Shown here piece by piece: positions 58,860-64,000 of a stretch of 64,000 bases of DNA. The number at the start of each line of letters is the position of its first letter. Position 1 is the first letter of the stretch. A model generated the notes under the pieces. The model was not told the origin of the DNA, did not search any database, and saw only the letters and a program-made list of their open reading frames with translations. This DNA comes from Neoechinorhynchus agilis. Its lineage: Eukaryota > Animalia > Acanthocephala. Made by a program: the position numbers and the translations under genes. The DNA is taken from the NCBI GenBank assembly GCA_051530055.1, contig CM121341.1, positions 11,696,784 through 11,760,783 of the forward strand, read 5' to 3'.

Positions 58860-61800
58860 ATGATTTTCATCGTTCTGAAAGTAATCGCATCGAGTTGTGA
58901 TCGGTATTTGAAGGTTATGACCGAAGTTTCTGTGCTGATACTTGATCGGTGTCAGACTGCACTCCGTTTAAATACGATAGATTCGCTAAGTGAACTAATG
59001 AATGATGTGAAAGGTCGATCTGGAATTGTGGAGATCTTGAGCGTTCTTGATATTCAATTCTCGCGTTCCTCAGCATTCCACGATCTTCTACGTCAGCTTT
59101 CTAGTGATTGCGATGACGACGAACGCCGCTTGCTTCTGGACCAACTACAATTGGACACGATCACGGCCTGTGGTCTGGTACCTGGTTGTTGTAGGTCTTT
59201 GAACCAGAAAATGATAAAGGTAAAGACTCGATCGTTCTATAAACAACAAAAGTATAATTTGTTTCGAGAAGAGTCTGAAGGGTTTGCCCGTCTTATAGTC
59301 TTATTGTTTTCCGGTCAGTGTGACACAGATACTGCATTGTCGATCATTGGCCTCTACAACATTGATCCCAATCGCGTAGTTGATCTGATCCTTGAATCAA
59401 TCGAACGATGCCCCTCAAAAATCACTGTCTATGTTGATATTCTACGTAATCTTGAGAATGCAGACCATGCACTCATAACGAAACTTCTAGGCTTTAAGTT
59501 CAAATTTCTAATGAAACAAGTGGATCCGGATGTGGGTCTTTATGCTCTCGCAGCGCGTTGTGTACTTCATAAACTCGTTCAGAGCAGCGACGATCTATGC
59601 ACTCTGTTAAAATCAATCGATTTGGCCAATGACAGCAATCTGTTACTATTTGTTGAACAACTAATTATCGCTCAAATTGATGAAAAGAATGACAATCTCG
59701 ATGTGGTCGAACAAATCCTCGATTCCATTGCTGGGGAAGACAAACTCGAATTTACTTATGCTATGGATGCTCTTTGCTCTTTCTTTGAACGACGATTCAT
59801 CGACAATCTCTATAACGCCTCGTGGAATCGCTCTGCTAAGCAACAACACGAGGCTTCTAAATCGTTCGAACAGTATTTGGAAGATTTAAACGCTCAAAGA
59901 ATTCTACAGGCAGCTAGAATGCTCATGAGTCATGCTAGTCGATCTCCGAGGCTGCTCACGAAAATTGTAAGAATTGGTGGGTACTTTATGAGGCATGTAA
60001 ATAGCCGATTCCATTTTGGTTTCCTCAATAGGTGGTGGGCTAGAAGGTTTTATCCAAGACACGGACTCAATTAAGTCACGTGACTGCTAAAAAGCATTCA
60101 ACCCTCACTTACTGAAAGTTTAAATCTAGAATTATTTTTGCTAATTAAGGTACACAAGTAAGTTTTGCATTCGTACTCATTGAAAAGGATCTTATGACCT
60201 AAATAGATCTTCTAAATGCACTCGCCTTTTACTTTATATCAAACTGATTTCATTCATATTGATTAATAGCGAGAACAGCGGGGAACATTAGAGGACTTAA
60301 AGTTCATGACTAGGAGCACGAGATCAATTGGTTCTCGTGGAAAGTCCTTTCGTGCACTGAGCCGGATTGTTACATTATTCTCTTGAGCCGAACTGGAATC
60401 GGCTACAATAGTGGACAAGTTGAAGTATGCAGACATTTTTGAACAATTATTGATTTTGATCGTCCTTCCGTCGGTGGCAATGCTGGATGGGAACGAACCT
60501 CTCGTGTTGGAACTATGGTTTTGGATCGGTGCATATGGATATAAACAACGATTTCGTTTATATGGATATTGGGAAAGTCATGTATACGAGAACAGCGGTG
60601 AAATGGTTCGCGCTCGTAGACAGCAAGTCCTTCAAAAAGCTCGCTACATCACAAAACGGATCACCAAGGATAACGTGAAGGGATTTAGTCGACTGCTGGC
60701 AAAAAGCAGCCACTGCAATCCTTTAATATGTCTCGACTACATTCTTCAAAGTATACAACGATACGACAATTTCATCATTCCAGTGGTTGATTCTCTCAAA
60801 TACCTTTCTCATTTATCGTTCGATGTTATATTGTTTTTGGTAATAAAAGCGTTAGCCGATGGAAACCGTCAACAAAAGAAGTGTGCCGGAACTGCGTTTT
60901 CTCCGTGGTTAAAGAGTCTTTGTTTGTTTGCGAGTTGCTTGTGCCGGAAATACAGTGTCGATCTGTCACCTCCTGTCGATTACGTAATCAATCAATTGAA
61001 GAAAAGAAAATGTCTTGATCTTCTGCTACTTCAGGAGTTGTTAGAAAAGATGTGTGGGACGGAAGTGTTCAGTGGAGTTACTGAACACCAATTGGAATGC
61101 CAAGCAGGCGGCGAAATTCTTCGAGCTGAAGGTGGATGTTTTTTGGCTACATCAGCCCCCAACACGGGTCTTCAGAGAAACTCAAGAAAAAGCATGCAAC
61201 GTCTACGAGAAGTTTTAATGAGCGACGGCCGAGCATTAGACCTTTGTGTCTTAATAGCTCAAATGCGAGACTGGGTTGTGTTTGGTAACGATCCGGGAAT
61301 TCATCCATACCCAAAGTTCATTGGCTTTTTGTATGATCAATGCCAAAACACTTTGTGTCAACTCCTAGAATTCGTCGGTATTCCATCCGCTGATCAACTC
61401 GTCGGCCTGCCTGCTGATATTGGAGTATTGGTCAATAAATATAGAGTAGCGGTGGACGCATCATTCATGATTGCGCGTCCGGCATATAACTGCTTTACCG
61501 AATCAAAGTTTGAAGAGCTTGTAAACACTGCAGCTTGTGCAGATGAAGAGTACGAAGAGGACGAGTTAACTGTGAAACGGGAGTGTTATTTCAAAGCATC
61601 CGAAGCGGTGATGGCTCCTCTTGTAGATCTCGTCCGTACTCTTCAAGTCGGGCGTTTGGCAGGTGCGAATATCGTTACGAAAGGTGGACTGAAGCGAGAT
61701 CATGAGTTTTGGGAATGCTCGTGTAGTTTCGCTTTATTCTACGCGACTTTCTGGACTTCTAGGGTGTACGACATTGAGTGTCCCTCTCGTGCGTATGAAC

Positions 61801-63129
61801 GTCAGATTGAACACACGAGTCAGACACTTGCTTCTACGCCGGACTCAACTCATAAATTGAGAAGAGAACGAGAGAGACTTAAAACGATTATTCAGAGGCT
61901 AGATGATGAACACGCGAATCACGTAACCCATGTGGAATTGTTTAAATGGAGAATGAGACAAGAGATGGACAGTTGGTTTGTGAAGAAGTCTCAGACCAAA
62001 ACCGAAATCATCACTGAGTTCCTTCAATTATGTGTATTTCCACGATGTATTCTCAGTGAGATTGACGCTGTTTATTGTTCAAAGTTCATCAACGAGCTTC
62101 ATCGTCTTAAATTGCAAAACTTCTCTACTATTATTTGTTTTGATAGAACATTCACGGAGACTATGGTACTTGTAGCAAGTTGCACTGAGTGCGAAGCTGA
62201 GCGATTTGGACGATTCTTGGCTTGTATGCTGGAGACTGTAAAGCAGGGAACGAGTATGGATAAAGGCTATGGGCTAAAAATTCATTTTTATTATTATTCC
62301 AATTCACGCGTTACTAAGTCACAAAATGAATTATTTAGGATATCTGAACAAATAAGCGTTTGACTAGGAGGAATCTTCTGTTCCTAGAGATAGATTTCAG
62401 ATTCAAAAGGGTCCACTATTTATGGTTCTCGCTGCTTTATCTCGTTCCTATGCAATAATGCGCTGGCATAGAGACAAAGAGATATACGACAAGGAATGTC
62501 TTCATTACCCCGGATTCTTAACAATGTTTCGGCATGCGAGTACACCTTCGTCCAACGCTAATCAGCAGCAGCCATCAACTGAAAAAAGTCCCGAGGAGCA
62601 ACTTGATTACGAGAATTTCAGACACGTATGTTTCAAATGGCATTACACGCTAACTCGATCGATTGTAAGCTGTCTGGAATCGGGAGATTATCCGCAAATC
62701 CGTAACGCCCTTAAAATTTTGACAAAGCTCCTTGTGGCTGACTACCCAAAAGTCGTCCGCTTGTATGAGAACATTGAAAAGAAAGTTGAAGCAATTTGTT
62801 CAGCTCAGAAGGATAAAAGAGATGATGTTGCAACACTCGCAGTCGCTTATCTAGGTCAATTGAGAGCGATTCGCGGAAATGTTGTGCCAGAAGAACAGTT
62901 TCATTTTAAGCCACAACCACCACCTTCGGCATCGGCACCTATCCAGAATTCGAAGACGTCGCCACCGCAGATCACTAACGAAAACGCCGATCATGATGGG
63001 AAAGGCGATAAGAAACCGGCACAAACAATGGTCGTTATTTCGGCTAGGAAGAGAGTACCTCCTTTGCCCGCTGATAAGCCCTTCTTTGAGGCAAAGAGAC
63101 CGAATAGAGTTTCCGAAGCCAAGAGATGA
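58860..63129 (+). CDS. THOC2: THO complex subunit 2, multi-exon (ORFs 58860-60074, 60411-62363, 62422-63129; splice sites uncertain)
   Basis: FYKQQKYNLFREESEG, YNIDPNRVVDLILE, ILQSIQRYDNFIIPVVDSLKY, FYATFW, FLQLCVFPRC, MRWHRDKEIYDKEC, FRHVCFKWH, YPQIRNAL. Confidence 0.92.
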
Positions 63130-63630
63130 ACTTGAGCGTTTGGGGTTTTGTATAAAAGCTCATAATCATCATTTGTGTTCCAGGAATTGTGCGCGGTGCG
63201 TGTTAATGGATCTTAAAGTTAAAAATTGCGATTCTTTAATCTTGCCTTATTTGTTGTCCGAATCAGGGATATAAAGATCTTGCTGACTGAGTCTTTTACG
63301 ATAAAACGGAAAAGCAACGAAATTACAGTAATAATCTTTATTTTGGTGTATTGTCATTTGACTTATTAGTTTTCAGAGGCTAACTAAAGTTTTAATTTTA
63401 GAAAGATCGATGTGGCTGTATGCCTAAAACAGAAAATAAGCTCAGTAAGGGATGTTCTAAAAAATGAATCTACATAACCGACTTGCCAGTAAAGATAAAA
63501 AATCAGGTAGTTGAGAATATAAGCAAAACATTTAGATTGATGGACATTTTCGTGAGTCAAAAAAATATACGTCACCGATACAACTTTTGTGTGTATCGAT
63601 AGATCACTTGAGGATATCTGAACTATCGTT

Positions 63631-63705
63631 GACGAAGTGGCCGAGAAGTTAAGGCGACTGGTAATCTAATGGGTTGTCCCTCGTGTTCGAATTCCACCCC
63701 CATCG
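63631..63705 (+). pseudogene. tRNA-Ser(GCT)-derived pseudogene or SINE head
   Basis: GACGAAGTGGCCGAGAAGTTAAGGCGA..CTGGTAATC..GTTCGAATTCCACCCCCATCG resembles tRNA-Ser GCT (A and B boxes visible); 5' anticodon stem deleted, anticodon altered. Confidence 0.7.
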
Positions 63706-64000
63706 AACGTTCCGATATCCGCTTCGGTTTTCATTTGCCTCGCACACAGTTTTTCTGCGCCTGTCAAGTATTTTTCGTCTTTGCTTAATCTCATTCCTAT
63801 TTTAAATTTTAAGTGTACAGCGTCTAGATTTTTCTTGGTTTTCGGGTATTCAAATTGCCACCGCTTGTCACAAACGTAATCCACCCGTATCGGGAAACTC
63901 TTCGTTTACTAAAAAACAAAATTCACAATACAATTCTTACTCAAATGACTTCTCGGGTATCGATCGCAATCCACTCCCTCATTTTGATTGGAATAATCGC

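Noticed and set aside
63666-63884. Minus ORF with FDGGGIRTRG as a patatin/iPLA2 motif
   Set aside because: That stretch is the antisense of the tRNA-like B box; no other patatin motifs.

Overview
AT-rich, repeat-dense eukaryotic (animal-like) genomic DNA; no prokaryotic features or CRISPR. Positions 1-33767 are a tandem segmental array (offsets about 18.05 kb and 13.3 kb). Each unit carries a Gypsy pol fragment, a USP12/46-family deubiquitinase, an alpha-1,3-fucosyltransferase fragment, Penelope-like (PLE) and LINE relics, and a 5'-truncated R2 element still joined to its exact 28S rRNA target with the 3' part of 28S. USP copies 1 and 2 look pseudogenised; copy 3 gives an intact 2-exon, 552-aa model. 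Unit-specific insertions are a Mag-type LTR element with 100-bp LTRs and a CRE-type fragment. The rest holds a 305-bp satellite, Helitron and LINE relics, a young PLE ORF (RT + GIY-YIG), a decayed two-ORF LINE, THOC2 and a tRNA-Ser-derived pseudogene. The most striking signal is a set of very small PLE-derived insertions from three unrelated families. Four of them are head-to-head palindromes of the PLE 3' end with a minimal hammerhead ribozyme motif in each arm (some degenerate) and a one-sided tail; two are truncated derivatives; all six have 12(-13)-bp target-site duplications. Family names come from motif recognition by eye, not database searches; RNA structures and activities are untested.
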